In this document: one piece after another, positions 1 through 14,935 of the stretch
Position numbering within the stretch: the first letter of the stretch is position 1
Layout of the letters: every line of letters begins with the position of its first letter
Source: Octopus vulgaris
Taxonomy: Eukaryota
DNA: 64,000 nt
Reading direction: 5' to 3'
Assembly (NCBI GenBank): GCA_951406725.2
Contig: OX597816.1
Coordinates: forward strand, 100,688,001-100,752,000
Made by a program: the position numbers and the translations under genes
The notes under the pieces: generated by a model
What the model was told of the DNA's origin: nothing
What the model saw: the letters and a program-made list of their open reading frames with translations, nothing else
Database searches by the model: none

Positions 1-1399
1 TACGAATCTGAGAAATATAATTTGTTTTTGAAAGTTTAATTTTTCTGAAAGCAATGCTGAGTTCCCCATCAACAACCTGCTTTCAGGTGAAATGCAAATC
101 TCCTGTATGGAAAACATAGGAATGTGAGTAAATTGAGGATGGGGGTATACAATTGTCATCTTGGACATGCTAGAAACAACAGGTAATGGACAGAATTTCT
201 GAGATAACTTCCTTATAAGTTTAAATGGAAGATCAGGTTTTGAAATATGCTCATCATAAACAGGAATGACAGAATAGGAAAAGGTAATTTCCATAAGATT
301 TGAGCTGTAATTTAGCACACAGCAAGAAATAACATAATTCATACAGAACTTTAACTCTGTGTGTGTGCCAAAGGAAGTTATTTTTGCTTACCATTTTTAA
401 TTCCAAAAGAAGGAAATGAAGTTTGTGAAATTGTAAACATGTTGACAGCATAAGGTCTCCATACATTATAAAGAGAAACTGGAAGAGAGAGATAGTACCT
501 AATTCTATGCATCCCTGAAACATGGGACAAAAGTGAAAATGACCTGAAAATTGTGTGATCTGATCTTATTTCTGGGGTTCTCAGCATCCCCTCCTCTCCT
601 GCTTTCCCCCTCTCTTTGTGCTAACTTTCTTACACTTTCACCTATAGAACCTACATACAATATCAACTTTCTGCTGGCTTTCTTTCACTTTCAACTATAG
701 GATGTACATAAAGTATGAAACATCAGCATTTCTCACTCACCTGCTATCCCTGTCTTTCATCTTCTCCAATAGAAACTTGTTTTCTGTTTCTTTCTCTTGT
801 TTCTCTGTCTTTTTCTCTTTCTGTGTTTCTCTTGCTTATTCATAAAAATTTATTTCTTTATACTTTGAAGAGAGCAGAAATTGAGAGAAAAGAGAAAGCA
901 AAAAGGCAAGAGGGAGTAGAAAGAGAAGGGGATGAGAAAGTGAAAGATGTATGTACATGTATATGAAATGGACATGTGTGTGCGAAGGAGAGAAAGGGAG
1001 AAAGAAAAGTGAGAGAGAGAGAGTTAGTGAGTGAAGGTGTGTGTCGTGATGATGTATGTCTTTGAAGGTACACTCTCATATAGAAAATGTGACATCATTG
1101 TCATCATATAAAATGTTTACAATAGTTAACTTATGGAATAGATTATAATGTTAAATTTTTGTAATGCAAATATGTGAATGAAAATAAAGTTTATTTGGTA
1201 GCTGAAACAGTACTGAATCTTTTGATACCCATACATCAAAATTGGTAACTCGGTTTTGGAATGCATAAGGAACATACATACACACACACAAACTCTCTTT
1301 TATAGGTATATAGATATATATATATATATATATATGCACACGCATACACATTCATAAATATATATAAATATCAAATTGGATTACAAATTGTCAAGGTCT

Positions 1400-2200
1400 T
1401 TTTTAGTAAATGCTGATGGTTGGTTTAAAGCATTGTTAAACATTTCAGCCTATTTTTTTCAAGAGGTCTGATGGATTTGTAATGCTTTTAATTCAATTCT
1501 TAGACATCACATAGGCCACCTCTGTATCTTGTTTCATAGACTCACTTTAAATGATCATAACAGGATTTCAAATCATTTATGTCAAGAGACTTTTGCAGAT
1601 CAGCAATTCTTTCATTCCACAGAGCTTTGATCCACCTTTTTTTTTAAATGTTGGTGTAAGCTTGCTTGTTTTAGTAGATGCTTTCTTTTCGCACTATGAC
1701 TTGGAAAAGACATGTAGCTCATTAAATTTGTTAAAGCTGAAAGAATCATTTTCACCAAACCAATTTCAATGTCTACGTTTGCAGAATCCCAACATTTTTG
1801 AGATGCAATATGTTGTTTTTCTTATTTGGGGTGAGATATCATCAGCATTAGATTACTTTTATTTTGGAGATTTTGTGTGCTGAATTCAGTTTGGCCTGAG
1901 CTTTCATTCTAGGATCTTTGAGATTTTTGCATTGAGGGTGACCTTGGTTTCACCTCTTTAATTGGCTGATGCCTTTACTGAATTTAGCTCACTGCAATTT
2001 ATGATCTGACTGAAGGAATGCAAGAGTCAGTTTGATTGATTACTTCTCACATTGACACATTGGCAAACAATTATAAGATCAAGTTCAGGCTAATATTTAT
2101 TGTGCGGATCTTTTCAAGCACTTTCATATTTGTTTCATTCCAAACACCATAAATATATATAATTTTGTTCCATGTCATATGATTTGACCCAACTCTGACA
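1400..2200 (-). mobile_element. highly degraded LINE, AP-endonuclease region
   Basis: Minus strand gives fragments ELDLIIV...NVRS...SDHKL, resembling the C-terminal xDY...SDH motif of LINE endonucleases. Many stops; boundaries approximate. Confidence 0.35.
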
Positions 2201-2742
2201 ATGAGAAGGGAAAGCGATCATTACAGCAGCAGCCTTTCTCTTAGGAAGAAAGGTAAGGAAGAGTGGATGATCACTGTAGAGATTGGGTAGGATTGAGGGC
2301 GTGGATGTAGTGAATGGTAGTATACATAAGTGCTGAGAGAGGTAGGTGTGTATGGTGAGAATAAGAGGTGTATAGTGCTGGAAAAGGAGAGATAATCTGA
2401 TGGCCCAGAAGGGTGATCAATGTAAAAATTTGGCTGGAGAAATACAGTATTAAGAATGAGGGATGGATATCAAATGAAACAGTTCAAATGAGAAAAGTAA
2501 GTTGTTTTGCTGAAAAGCAGGTGAAGAATACAGTTCTGCTGACATTGTATCAGCTAGTCTTGGATGTTGTTATACACTGTGCTTCTTTGCATTGTAGCTT
2601 TTGAATGATATCACCCAACTGACTAGGTGGGCAGGCCAGCATTTGCCCTGAATAGAATGCTTGTCCATCACAGAGCTATGCATTTATAGCTGAGTGAACT
2701 AATTAGAGCAGTATAAAATGTAATATATTTATATATTATCCT

Positions 2743-2830
2743 CATTTAATGTCTGTTATCCATACTGGCATGGGTTGGATGGTGTGACCAGAGCTGGCAA
2801 GCTGGAGGGCTGCACCAGACTCCAGTCTGC
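2743..2830 (-). mobile_element. SINE family C fragment, 3' end with (ATG)n tail
   Basis: Core tttaatgtctg...ctggcatgggttgga...ctgcaccag is shared with copies at 14.6, 21.6, 29.6, 30.6 and 34.1 kb. Confidence 0.75.
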
Positions 2831-3747
2831 GATATTTTCCAAATAACTGTTGTTGCTGAGATACCAACATCAAACTATATCTCTGCATGGCCTTCCTCAA
2901 CCAATCACAGCCCACCTTACAGTAATAGCAATCAACTTTTCTCATTCAAATTTAAAATGGCTGAAGATTATCATCATGCTTGAAACTCCGAAGTACCATG
3001 AATTTGAATCAAACTGTTTTGATCCATATATATGCATGCTTGTGTGTTTGTATGCATATATATGTGCATTTAAAAAATATTTACACTTGCATATGTTTAC
3101 ATTCATGCAATTTCTTTTCTTTATTTAGTCAGAACACCCTGAAATATTTGTTTAAGTCCCTTTTACATCTGCATTAAAACTTCTCAAAAGCTGACTGAGT
3201 ATCATCTTCTCATGGTTGATAAAATCATGTCAAATACTAGTCAAGTACTAGTGTTGATTATGTTGACTACTTCCTCTCTTCTGAAAATATGGATTTGTTC
3301 CTATGTTAGGAAACTTACTTTAGCTACTTTACATATATAAAACACATTTTAGTTATTATTGTGTGCTACCATCTATGCTTATAACTGACTTCCTTCTCTG
3401 CATAGTTACATTATCAGGACTCTTTGTTGTCACTTTGATTCTCATGGATTTTTTTTTATCTTTATGCTGTCCAACCATTTGATCATTCATTGCAATCCTC
3501 TTCAGCAGTATGAATGAAGATAGCATCACTTTGATTCATTTTTTTGTGAATACTAATTCCATTTATTTAATTCTGAAAGAAAATGTAATCTTAGATATTA
3601 CATCAGATAGGTTATTTATCTCTAAAAGGATGTCTCATCCAGTCAAATTTCTTAGAACATATGGTTGAGCTTGAGTATTGTTAGTTTTGTTTTATAACCA
3701 TATACTTACATTTTTCAAGTATCTAAGTTTCATGTGTGTGTGTGTAT

Positions 3748-4150
3748 AGTCACAACATTGCTGTGTGCTACAGTTTCCTTCCCAACACATGGTTTCAAGT
3801 TGAGTCTCACTGCATGCCACCTTGGATAAATGTCTTCTACTATAGTCCCAGGTCAACCAAAGCCTTGTGAGTGGGTTTGGTAGATGGAAACTGAAAGAAA
3901 CTCATTGTATATGTGTAGATATATATGTGCGTGTGTCTTTGTGTTTGTATTTGTTCTCTACCACTGCTTGTCAAGTGCTGTTAGCTTGTTTATGTCCCAT
4001 GACTTAGTAGTTTGGCATAGGAGACCAAGAGAGTAAGTGCCAGAATCTTTTTTAAATAAGTACTGGAGTTGGTTTGTTTGACTAAAAAATACCTTTCTAA
4101 GTGGTATCTCTGCATGGTTGCAATCCAGTGATTGAAACAAGTAAACAATA
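3748..4150 (+). mobile_element. SINE family A (tRNA-like head, central microsatellite, LINE-like tail), degraded near-full copy
   Basis: Collinear with the reverse complement of the copy at 31526-31930 (caccttgg...tgtcttctactatag...gatggaaactgaaagaa...tgaaacaagtaaa). Confidence 0.85.
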
Positions 4151-6249
4151 AAATATATGAATGAATTACTTCTTGTATGTGATAAAATTCAGTGATTTCT
4201 GGCATTTCGGTTGCTCTATATATGAAATAGATTTAGTATAATGTGTATTCAATCAATTGTCCCGAGTCACCATTTCGTTTCTAGCTAAACACCATTCTAT
4301 ACAGAATGCAGTAATGCTTTTATGTAAAATACTTTGCAATCTTCAATCATCCGGTGTAACAGTAGTTTGAAACATGACTTTCTGTTTCAAATTACTTTAT
4401 CAAAATGAAAATATCCACTGTGCTTATATGTTCATATATGTGCATACAACTGTTCATATATTTATATGAAGAAGGAAGAAATGTATATTTCATTGAAGTC
4501 CCATCAAAAACTATGTTGTATGTGTTTAAAATAATATTAACTTTAATGTGATGTATGATTGTGGTGATTTTAGTTATGAAATAATACTGTCTTTGTTTCT
4601 GTTATTATATTCAACTTTTGCTTTACTTCACTGAAATTAGTTGAATGAATCTTTAAAGTACAACTTTAGTTACAGACTCTGGAAATGGATGAGGGCAATG
4701 GGAGTAATTTATATTAATGAGGAGGATGACAATGAGTGTTCTTCTAAAAAGTGGAATAATAGTAGTTTGACTACATTGCCATACATTTTCTTGTCCTGCC
4801 TTTTTGTGTATGGGGTACAATATATATATTGCATAGTTGCACACACTATTATGGTATGAAGAGTGCTGTTTATTAAGTTTTTGTAGTTTGTCATAGATAT
4901 TGCTTGACTATGTTGTTGTGTCCACTCCAACCAAATATAATTATACAGAGAAGTGTGTGTGGAATATATTCAATGTCTAGCACTATTATTTAGCTGTAAA
5001 ATGTTTAAAAGTTACTTAATACAAACTCTCTAAATGTTTAAATATTTGGCATAAAGTGTTTTCTCTCTCATGAATAAATTTCCTCTAGAAAAAATAGCAA
5101 AAATGTGAATGATAAACAGCTAATAGAAAGATATTTTACTATTTGCAACTTTACAAAAATATTGCAAAAGCATTTCTGTCATTATTATGGCAATATACAA
5201 AAATATTCTAAATTATAAACATAAATTGTTTTTTATTAAATTTGTAATACTATTTCATAAAAATTCTGGTTAATTTTATGGTCCATAGTTAAGGAAATTG
5301 TTAAATATTAATATATGGGAAACATAAATGTAAAAGGAGCCATTTTCTTTACTAGAATTATCTGTTCTCATTTCAGTTTCAATCTTCAAAGCAATGAGTT
5401 GATAGAAACATTGGATAGATTTGTTTCTTTAACATTGTTATGTTCATTGAAGATTATTCTTCTTGAATGATTTTATGCAAATGGTATTTGAGATATTGAA
5501 TAGGTGGAGATACTTAATTGGAAAAGTCTACAAAATATTCAATATTTCCTCTCAGACTACTAGATATATCCATATTATAAATGTTGAAGTTAATAAATAA
5601 AAGGAAAATGTGTAAAAGTTAAAGATTTTCACACCACCCTTAGCTGGTAAACATCTACTCTAAGACAAACATAAAATGAAACATTTTTAAAATATCGAGC
5701 TGCAGTATCCTCTTGTCAGTTACTATAGCATCACTTTTTGTTGATATTAATGAAATATATATTTCACAAACACTAAGCACATGCATGTACAATTATTATG
5801 TGTGTTTATAAAAAGTGCTTCTTTTATAATTAGTGTATCTGCAGTGGATATTTGGCATAGTGTAAATATATAAAGAAAAGAAATTTCATTTCGGGCAGTT
5901 TCATTTGTGTTAAATATACTTCATGAAGGGTTTAATATTTTAAATATTCAGAACTATAAAATTTAGATTGAATTATCAGACGTTCAAGTACTTGTGGTTT
6001 AAATTAGATGCTATTTTTGGGTATATAGAAGATTGTGACATAAAGTAAAACTAATGAAAACCTGTAAATTAATGCACAAGTTCTTGAAATTTCTAATTTG
6101 ATATATAGTTTCACATTAGAATTCAGTTTAACATCATTTATTTTACAGTTTCAAAACACCTTTAAAATCAAACTGAAAAATTCATCAGGGTGTATATCAG
6201 TTCTGTTTGATCTTCTAATGTCTTCACAACAAACAACCAAGTATACAAA

Positions 6250-6992
6250 ATAGTGCACTACACACAATCGTGGATTGTACATAGATCACATGCAAAAACC
6301 ATCTACAGAATGAAACAGAAGTCTCAAACTGAAAGAACACTTGAACATGCAGGAACATGGTATATTACTGCAATGAGCTTCAGTCCTCACAGTACCTGCC
6401 ACTTCATAAAAAATGATCTCCAAACACCCACACAATTATACAACACACCAGAACACTACTTTTGTAGCATCCTTAAAACAATCTATGGAAAACCAAAATG
6501 AGTATAAAGAACACATACACAAATAAATAGCAGCAATACCATTAGACTCAAATCAGGTGCTAGGATGCACACCACCAGTAACATATGCATAGGACTAGCA
6601 ACTGTTTTGCTTTGACCAAACCCACCTTTCCACTGCCAGAATCTATGGTTATATTAAAATCTACCGGAGAGTGTGCAAAATGTCCAGACTGTTACACTGC
6701 ACCACATGCAATTCTTTATCTTGGATTCCTTACACTTGTATAGTTCTGAGCAGGAGAGACAGTTTTAAGGATGCTGCTGTAATAGTGTTTTGGGGTGTTG
6801 TATATGTGTCTGGATGTTTGGAGATGAGATTTTATATGGTGGCATGTACTGTAAATGTTGAAGTTCACTGCACTAATACACTGTGGTCTTGCATGTTCAA
6901 GTGTTCTTTCATTATTAGATTTTTGTTTTGTTGTGTAGATGAATTATGCATGTGGGTGATATACTATCCAGGATTATGCAAAGTGCAATGTT
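6250..6992. repeat. long imperfect inverted repeat, arms about 6250-6480 and 6762-6992, probably two LINE fragments
   Basis: gaaagaacacttgaacatgca at 6331 matches the reverse complement of tgcatgttcaagtgttctttc at 6890; gcatccttaaaac pairs with gttttaaggatgc. Confidence 0.8.
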
Positions 6993-7594
6993 AGATTCTT
7001 CAATATCATCCTTAACTAAATGTAAACATGGCATAACCATGAAAATTTATATGTGGTTCAGGCCTAACCATTCTGCTGACTACCAGCATGCCAAAGAACT
7101 ATTTGATCAGAATTGATCTGGAGTTACACAGCAACAGTACTGCAACTGAAAAGTTTGATATATGTACAAACTGAGCTCTTTAATTAAGCTTTACTTTAGT
7201 AAGAAACAAATGAAGATTATTAATATGGTTATCTAGTTTGTGAAGAGATTATCAAAAGTATATTTTGTGTTATAATCTTAATTTTATTTTGTGTGTATAT
7301 ACACACACACATACGCATGCGTGCGTGCACACACACACGCACATACATACACAGACACACACAAAATGAAAATATATACATACAGATACTTGCTCACACA
7401 CAATCTTCAAGATGTTGTTATCTGTCTTCTGTAGTATATGTAATATTTTAAGTTATATAGTGGCACAGAGAGAACAAGATCAGCTATTTTAATTGAACTA
7501 CATTCAGTGTTTCAGTATACATCTTCCTAATTTTTACAGGCTCACTAAACTTCTAATCAACTAATAAATCTACTCTGTGTTTCTTTCCCTGCAG

Positions 7595-7614
7595 GCAGTA
7601 CATGAGTTGGACAT
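7595..7614 (+). CDS. candidate 20-nt microexon (AVHELD-x)
   Basis: ctaat branch-like motif, acceptor gtgtttctttccctgcag, donor CAT|gtaagg. Open as phase 0 to 2. Confidence 0.3.
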
Positions 7615-10376
7615 GTAAGGCTGACTCTTGACCTCTTCACAGATTTCTCGCACTTGCTTTTCCTTGCTGGATCTCACTGCTGTGACTATTTCACATCTCA
7701 GTCACCTCAATTTTACAACTTAGAGTCTGCTTGCCATGTTCTCTTCTCTGATGATCTGATCACATGCCACAAAGTTTCATCAGATGAGGAGGTATCTCAC
7801 AGAGATGGGGTCTGATTGAAACTCTGCTCAATGAGTCACCTAGCAAGACCTGAGAATATACCAACAAATGGTGAATGCAGTAATACACTGCAATGATGTG
7901 AAAACCCCACCCCTAACTTGAACTGTGTTTCTTCAGAGTTCTAAAGCCATGATTAATTCATGTTTGTGACTGTTTTTCATAGGATTGGACGAACATAAAT
8001 ATGACCAACTTTGTCCTTAAGTTCTATTCAGCTGATTCAAGCGTTTAATTCATGACTTAAGTGTTTACGAAAACTGCTTCATTCATAAGCACCCAAAAGA
8101 CAGTTCATATATTGCAACTTATTTGATTTAATATTTCTCATGTTTATGGTCATTACTTGATGTCTTTGTTGAAATGAATTACAAATTGTTTTTTGTTGCT
8201 TTAATTGAACCTGTTATCAATATAGTTACAAGCCTACATTGGTGTTTTCTCTTATCTAGTGTTTAATAGTTCTTCATACAACTCCCAAGTTGACTATACT
8301 GCTGTTAATTATTCCCAGAATTCAAAATGATTGCATTGCAGTTTATGATATAGTTAATAATTCTATTATGACACTGCTGTGATTTGAGACAGAAGATGTG
8401 TAAAAACCTTTAATTGATCACTTAAGAAACCTCTAACTAATTGTTTAAATTGTAAAACAATATTTGCAGTTTTCAACAAAGCAATAACCAAAACTACCTG
8501 GAATAACTGTAGTTATACAATAAAGAGGAAAAATTGTATTTATAATGTAGTCATGCATACATTCACTCTTCTAAGTAGGTAAATAATGTATGGCTAAAGT
8601 TATATTTTGGGTTTTCTTTTTTCAAATAGCATGAATAGATATGTGAGTGTTATTCATAGAAATATTTGTGAATAAACACACATTCATATAAATATCTGTA
8701 TATCAATATGTGTTAATTTCATGAATATTTTTTGTTAGATATAATGTTCTTAACAATTTTAATATTAAACATTCTATTGATATTCACAAATATATTTCCA
8801 TTACTTTTCAATATAAACTATTTTAATTGTTTTGTCTTGTTCTATTTTATCATTATTGATATTGCAGCAGTTTACTATAAATATGTTTTCTTATATAACC
8901 CAAACTCTTCCCAGTCATGTAACCCACCTCTAGTAATATCCACTTGGCATTTGCTTATGAGAGTATTAGTATGTGAATATTTATTCTTTGTTTATATCTA
9001 TGTTATAAATGTTACATATATGTATATAGTGATGTCATTGGTCTAATGTTCCTGCCTACCACTCACTAGAAATAAGTTTGGTAGATACTGAATTCCTCTC
9101 AATATCTCTCACTTTTGTGAGAAGTGAGAAGTTATCATCATTTTCTAACAGGTAATGGTCAGTTTAACTATGGAAATAAATTAACATTTGAACATGTATA
9201 TCATCCTTATCATGCTAATGTAGATTATGTATATCAGGAAAATAATAATTGATCTGTATCATGCTAAAGGATCAAAATATCAAAAGTTGTTTATGCAATA
9301 AAATACTTTTTACAAGTTTCAATGTATAGTTTTGTCCATAACGAAGGCCATTCCTATATTTTCTCATTTTTATAATATCTTGAGTTACACTAGCAGTTAG
9401 TTTACTGTATTCATTACAGTAATCAAAATGATACCTCTGTAATAAGTAGTGGCTTTATAGGTATTTCTATAGTAGGTTATCTGTATTCCAAAAACTGGAT
9501 GGCATTAACGTATGCTTAGATATATGCTCACCTTTCAGAAATCATATGTGCAGTAGTTTACCAATGATATTGTGGGAATATTTGTTAAACTTTTAAGAAA
9601 TTGTTTTTTAGCAAAAAGAAAGAAAACTGTTGAGTAATATGGATATGAATATCCATATTTCCCTTCTTTTGTTAGTTTTAGTAAATATGTGTGGAAGATA
9701 TCAGTTTTTAGTTACTGTTCTGCTGTCATACTAATGAAGTCCAGCTGCTATTTTTTAATGGAAAATTTAATTTTATACTCAAATATGTACCCTTGACTAG
9801 ATGTACTTTTACTTGATTGTATGTATAGTAACTTTAATGTACAAAAAAATTTTAACTACTTTGGAATTATAGAAAATGTCTTAAAATTTTTCAAGAATCA
9901 AACTGCCTATATTATACATGTCACTTTTTTTCATGTTGCTTCAGTCTTCTCTGATCTTAGTAAAAAAGAAAAAAAATTGAATGATTGCTTTCAAATAATG
10001 CATTATCATACAAAAGTAACAATTAAAATATATTCATAGAAATGTAGAAACTTCATAAAATCTGGTTAAATTTGAGCTGCTTAAGGAAATGTAATCCATA
10101 AAAGAAGCATGGATTTCATTAATCTTTGAATAATTTCAACTTTCAAGATAATATAATTAAGAGAAAGATCTAAATTCCCAAACATTTTCTTAATGTTTTT
10201 CTCAGTTTCAATCAATATAAATAAAATCTCTGTGTATTGAATGAATGCACAGTAAGTAGAGTGGTATGAAAATGAAAGGAGTACAATGTTGGCAATAAAT
10301 ATTTCACTTGCTGGGATACTTTGAAAGTTGTAAAATAAAAATAAGAAAACAATGGTTATCTGAATTGCCATCACCT

Positions 10377-10448
10377 TGATGTGAGGTTATATTAGTCTCA
10401 AGAGAATGACCATGGGATATGATGTGAGGTTATATTAGTCTCAAGAGA
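10377..10448 (+). repeat. tandem duplication, 29-bp exact core, 43-bp period
   Basis: tgatgtgaggttatattagtctcaagaga occurs at 10377 and 10420. Confidence 0.9.
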
Positions 10449-11299
10449 GCAGCCACAGGAGGTGATTTAACCACAAAGAACTAAACATCAGCTAAACATT
10501 ATTTTGATGAAACTACTCATATGGAACTCTCTCTTTTTAACATTTTATGAGCTTACTTTGCTTTCAGCCATCTTTATTCACTGTAATATAATCAATACTA
10601 TCAATAGAAAGATAAGCACAGTCAAATGGGATATAACCAGAATAGGAGGAACTATTCATCTTCCTACAATACTTCAACCTGAAACTCAACAAAATCAGAT
10701 TTCAATCTATCATTGAAAGAGGCTGGCTTTAGAATGTACTGCCACACCCTGTTCATATCATAATTTCATCAAATTATTTAGGCTTCAATTTATAAATTTG
10801 TTTAAAATTTATCTTGCATCTAAATATAATATTGTTTTGGTTATATCTTGCATAGTGTAGAACAGTATTGATATTTTAATCTGTCATAGTAATAATTTCA
10901 ATAGTTAGCAATAAGAAAAGCCTCAAGAATTACTGTCTGTGCCATACAAGAACACTGGTGAAAGAAACATTGTATTCAGTTAGTTTGTAACTATAATAAA
11001 GATGTTACTTTCACTACTTCTTTGTAACTTTCAATCAGGGAAGTGTGTGAAAAGAGTAACCAACTCTTTATCACAAGTAAGAGCTATTCAAAACTGCTAC
11101 AATTATTGTGTGTGCATAGAAATTTCCATGTAACTAATGTTGTAGATCAAGCTTGAGCTTTGTTTTTTTCTTCTTGTACATAACTTCAGGAGGAAAATAA
11201 TGGAACTTAATTTTATTTTAAGCGTTTTAAAAGTAAACTAAAAAATTATTCCTTTGCTGACAAAAAAGAGGAAAATAGTTTCCAGATCATGAGGTAATA

Positions 11300-12480
11300 T
11301 CACTGATCACTTAATTAGCATTGTTGATGTAAGTCCTGTAATGAGCATATTCAAGTCTAGTAGTGTAGTCCCACAGTAAAATGTTTATCCATGCAGAGCA
11401 GCACTTGCAAGATGTTGTCTGTCTTCAGAGGCTTACTTCATCTGAATTACCAAGGCTCTCTAATTGACCTGGTGACTATTAGGTTGAATCCATGTTATAG
11501 CAAGCATGGGAAGTATGCAATGCTGCCGTATAAATGTTATATCTTTTCATTCTCTTCCTCTTCTTACTTTTTTGTTATTTTTGCAATGCTTTTACATTAA
11601 AGACTGCATTTACTCATTGGTATTCCTGTATTGAATCTTCTAGAACTATTGTAGGTAATGCTGTAATTCAGGTGTTTCCTGGCCAGATGTAATCTCTTTA
11701 GATACTGTTATACTTACTGACATTTCTATCATTTGATTCTTTCTGAAAGCTTGAGTCACATTCAGGCATTTGATGAGAATCTTATATTTTAAGGAGCTCT
11801 TATACTTAAGATATGGGATTCTTGTTGTTGGTTAGTGTGACAGTATATCTACTGGACTGTATATCTACTTTATGTATGGCAGTTGATTATTGTAGAACAT
11901 CAATCAAATTCTGTAGTGAAGTATTCTTAGAGGTTTTATTTTTGATACCCCAGCATAGCCAATCGGATAAGTGAAACAAGCAAAAGATAAATAAATGCTA
12001 ATAGTTGTTGTTGGCTACAGAAGATATTGTTATGAACAATGTTTTACATACTTTTACCACTTGGACTCCCTTTCCAGTTTGACAATGTAGTTGTTCAATT
12101 TTTGAGAGTGTTTTGGATGTATAGGGATAATAAAACTTCTAGCCTTATCATCTTGTTTTACCAGTATGATGCCAAATACAACAGGATTGGCATCAGCATA
12201 GTATCTTTTATTTGGAGTGTAACCTAATGCATTGTTTGTATTAAAATGTTTTCTCTTCTTTACTTCTCCACTAAATCCCACTCTTTCTTCTCTCTCTCTC
12301 ATCAGTTTCTCTACTATATCTGTCATTTTTGCTAAATGTTGCATGAAATTACCAAGAAAGTTGAGTAGGCCCCAAATACTTTCTTAATAGTTATTGTTGT
12401 TGGACATTTAAAGTGAGTCTCAGCAACCAATCTTATTCTCTTGTTAACTCCTTGATTTGAAACAATACTGCTAAAGTATT
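11300..12480 (-). mobile_element. degraded Ty3/Gypsy pol remnant (RNase H region)
   Basis: Minus strand YADANPVVFGIILV and YTSKTLSKIEQLHCQT resemble the RNase H motifs DASPVGLGAVL and YASKTL.E.RY.QTE. Boundaries approximate. Confidence 0.5.
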
Positions 12481-12942
12481 CTGCCTCACACCAAAAATAC
12501 ATTTCTTATCATAAGAATTTTATAAACTTTCAAGACAATGTGAAACAATTCTGTTTTTGTAGTGGGAGTAGGACATCTTGAAACACATACATGAAGATAT
12601 ATAAAGCCTTTGACTTTTACTATTGAAAAGTGTGTTTCTACCCAATATTTACATGCTATTATTTGTAAATCTTTTAGTGTGCTCCAAGATACTGCAAAAA
12701 AAAAAAAAAGAATTAGTTCAAACTCTCTCAAAACTTTATAAAATTCTTATGACATCAACAACATACAATTGTTGCTGGTAAGAATAGTTTCTAAAATGTA
12801 TAGAGAAGGATTACTTTGTATTATGGTAGAATGCCAGTCATGTCTACATTAGCTGTGGGTTTGTATCCCACAGGCAGCCTTTGACTTTTTGCATCCCAAA
12901 AAGTTTTATGACCCAACATATACTTGCTATTATTTATAGCTT

Positions 12943-12978
12943 TATATCTATACTTCAAGATATATCTATACTTCAAGA
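12943..12978 (+). repeat. 18-bp perfect tandem duplication
   Basis: tatatctatacttcaaga twice. Confidence 0.9.
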
Positions 12979-14627
12979 GAAAAGAATTAGTTCTCACCTT
13001 GTGATTTAATGTTGCATAATATTGTTAAGCAATAATTTGATGTCATATCATGTTTTTGGTGGGGTTCTTTTGCTTATTTTATTTTATTTATCTGTGACAG
13101 ACTACACTGCAATCTTCATTATTATTTATGTTAGATTCAGATTTTAAAAAAAACTGCTAATGATTTCCTGAAAGTGTTCAAATGATGAGTAGACTTCAAG
13201 AACAAGCATTTGTCCTTATGCACTCTATTAGAAGAAGTAAATTTTCTTATATGATTCAATTACAGATGTAAATTATCTTGACAATAGCTCATATTATATG
13301 CTAGTTTTGAAAAAAGCATAATAAATTCAAAATTTTTCAGTGAATCATCAGTTGTAGGTAGTGGATATGTTTCCTTTAGATACTATATTTACTGTGTGTA
13401 ACACAAATACAAATCAATACAGCCATTTTTCTTTGGTGCAACAAACAATGGTGAAATTCATATTGTGGAGCCGTCAATTTTCTCATTGATATCCAATTTT
13501 AACAAACACTTAATTTCTTCTGCTTGTTTCTTCACATGAAATAGTATTTGCTTCAAAAGTTGTTTTATAGGTTTTGCCTTTGAATATTTCAGAGAGCACT
13601 TTAGTAATTGAATAATCTTTTAATATTGAGAATGTATATTTTAATTAAGCAAAATGAAGAAGCTGTTTCACAAAACCGTGAAACAACTATCAGTCATAGA
13701 TTTAGTAGCATATATTGTCTGAGTATTGCAACTTAAGCCAATTTTGAGTGTGACATGAATGATCATAAGTAAAAATTGAGATGCACTTGAACCATCAATG
13801 ACTATCTTGGTTTCACATGACTGAATAATTATTTCAGTGTTGTTTTAATTATTTCAATTAAGGTACAAAAGACAACTTCAGATATGATTCTGTACTAAAC
13901 ATTCTTGATATATATATATATATATATATATAGATTCTCTTATAACTACTTCAAGTAGTGAGAAACTTACACTTTGTTGAGGTGGTGACAATAAGACAAA
14001 AACAATTCTAGTAGAATGATGTGTTATTCTTTCAATACAAATACAATAACACATCTCTTTGCTAAATGCTTCATTTAATTTCTATCTGTTCTTCTCATCT
14101 CATTGATAAAATTATAATGATAATGATGTTATATTATTTCAATTATATTTTATGATCTTCTGTCAATTAGAACTAATTTGTATAAAAACAAAAAAACTCA
14201 AAAACATTACATCAATCACAGTTTCTAACTAGTTTGTCAATTCTCCATCAGAGGAATGCCCAGAAAGTAAAATTATATTAGACAATGTCAATTGATTTCA
14301 ATTTTTAAATCTAATCATTTTTGCTTTTCTTCAAAACAGTATAGGACAACATTGACTATTCAAATATTTAAGGTATCTGTTGTTAGCCAAACAGTATGGA
14401 ATGTAAAAGGGATTCACTATTATATGACTTCCACACTGTACTCTGCACAAACAAAAGCTAAATAATTTTACACTTGACCTATGTGAAGTACATTAAATGC
14501 AGGATGTGGAATCTGTGATTTGTTCCTTGGTGTTTGATGACTATCATGGTGCAGCCAGAGTTATTGAATAATAAAATCAAATCAACATAACATTTTCAGG
14601 TGAAGAAACTTATGATAAACTTGTTTC

Positions 14628-14935
14628 ATCATCATCATCATCATCATCATCATTCAAGATCTGCTTTCCATGCTGGCATGGGTTGGACAGTGTGGCTGAC
14701 GACTGGCAAGCCAGATGGCTGCACCAGGCTCCAATCTGATCTTTCAGAGTTTCTACAGCTGGATGCCCTTCCTTACGCCAACCACTCTGAGAGTGTAGTG
14801 GGTGCTTTTACATGCCACTGGCACGAGGGCAGTCGGGTGGTCCTGGCAACAGCCACGCTCAAATGATGTTTTTTACATGCCACCTGCACAGGAGCCAGTC
14901 CAGCGGCACTGGCAACAATCTCACTCGAATGTTGT
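14628..14935 (-). mobile_element. SINE family C copy with (CAT)n tail
   Basis: (cat)n followed by ctgctttccatgctggcatgggttggac...ggatgcccttcct...; internal subrepeat tttacatgccac. Confidence 0.85.

Noticed and set aside
10377-10448. Repeat-spacer-repeat pattern resembling CRISPR
   Set aside because: Only two copies with a 14-bp spacer, in a eukaryotic intron with no cas genes.
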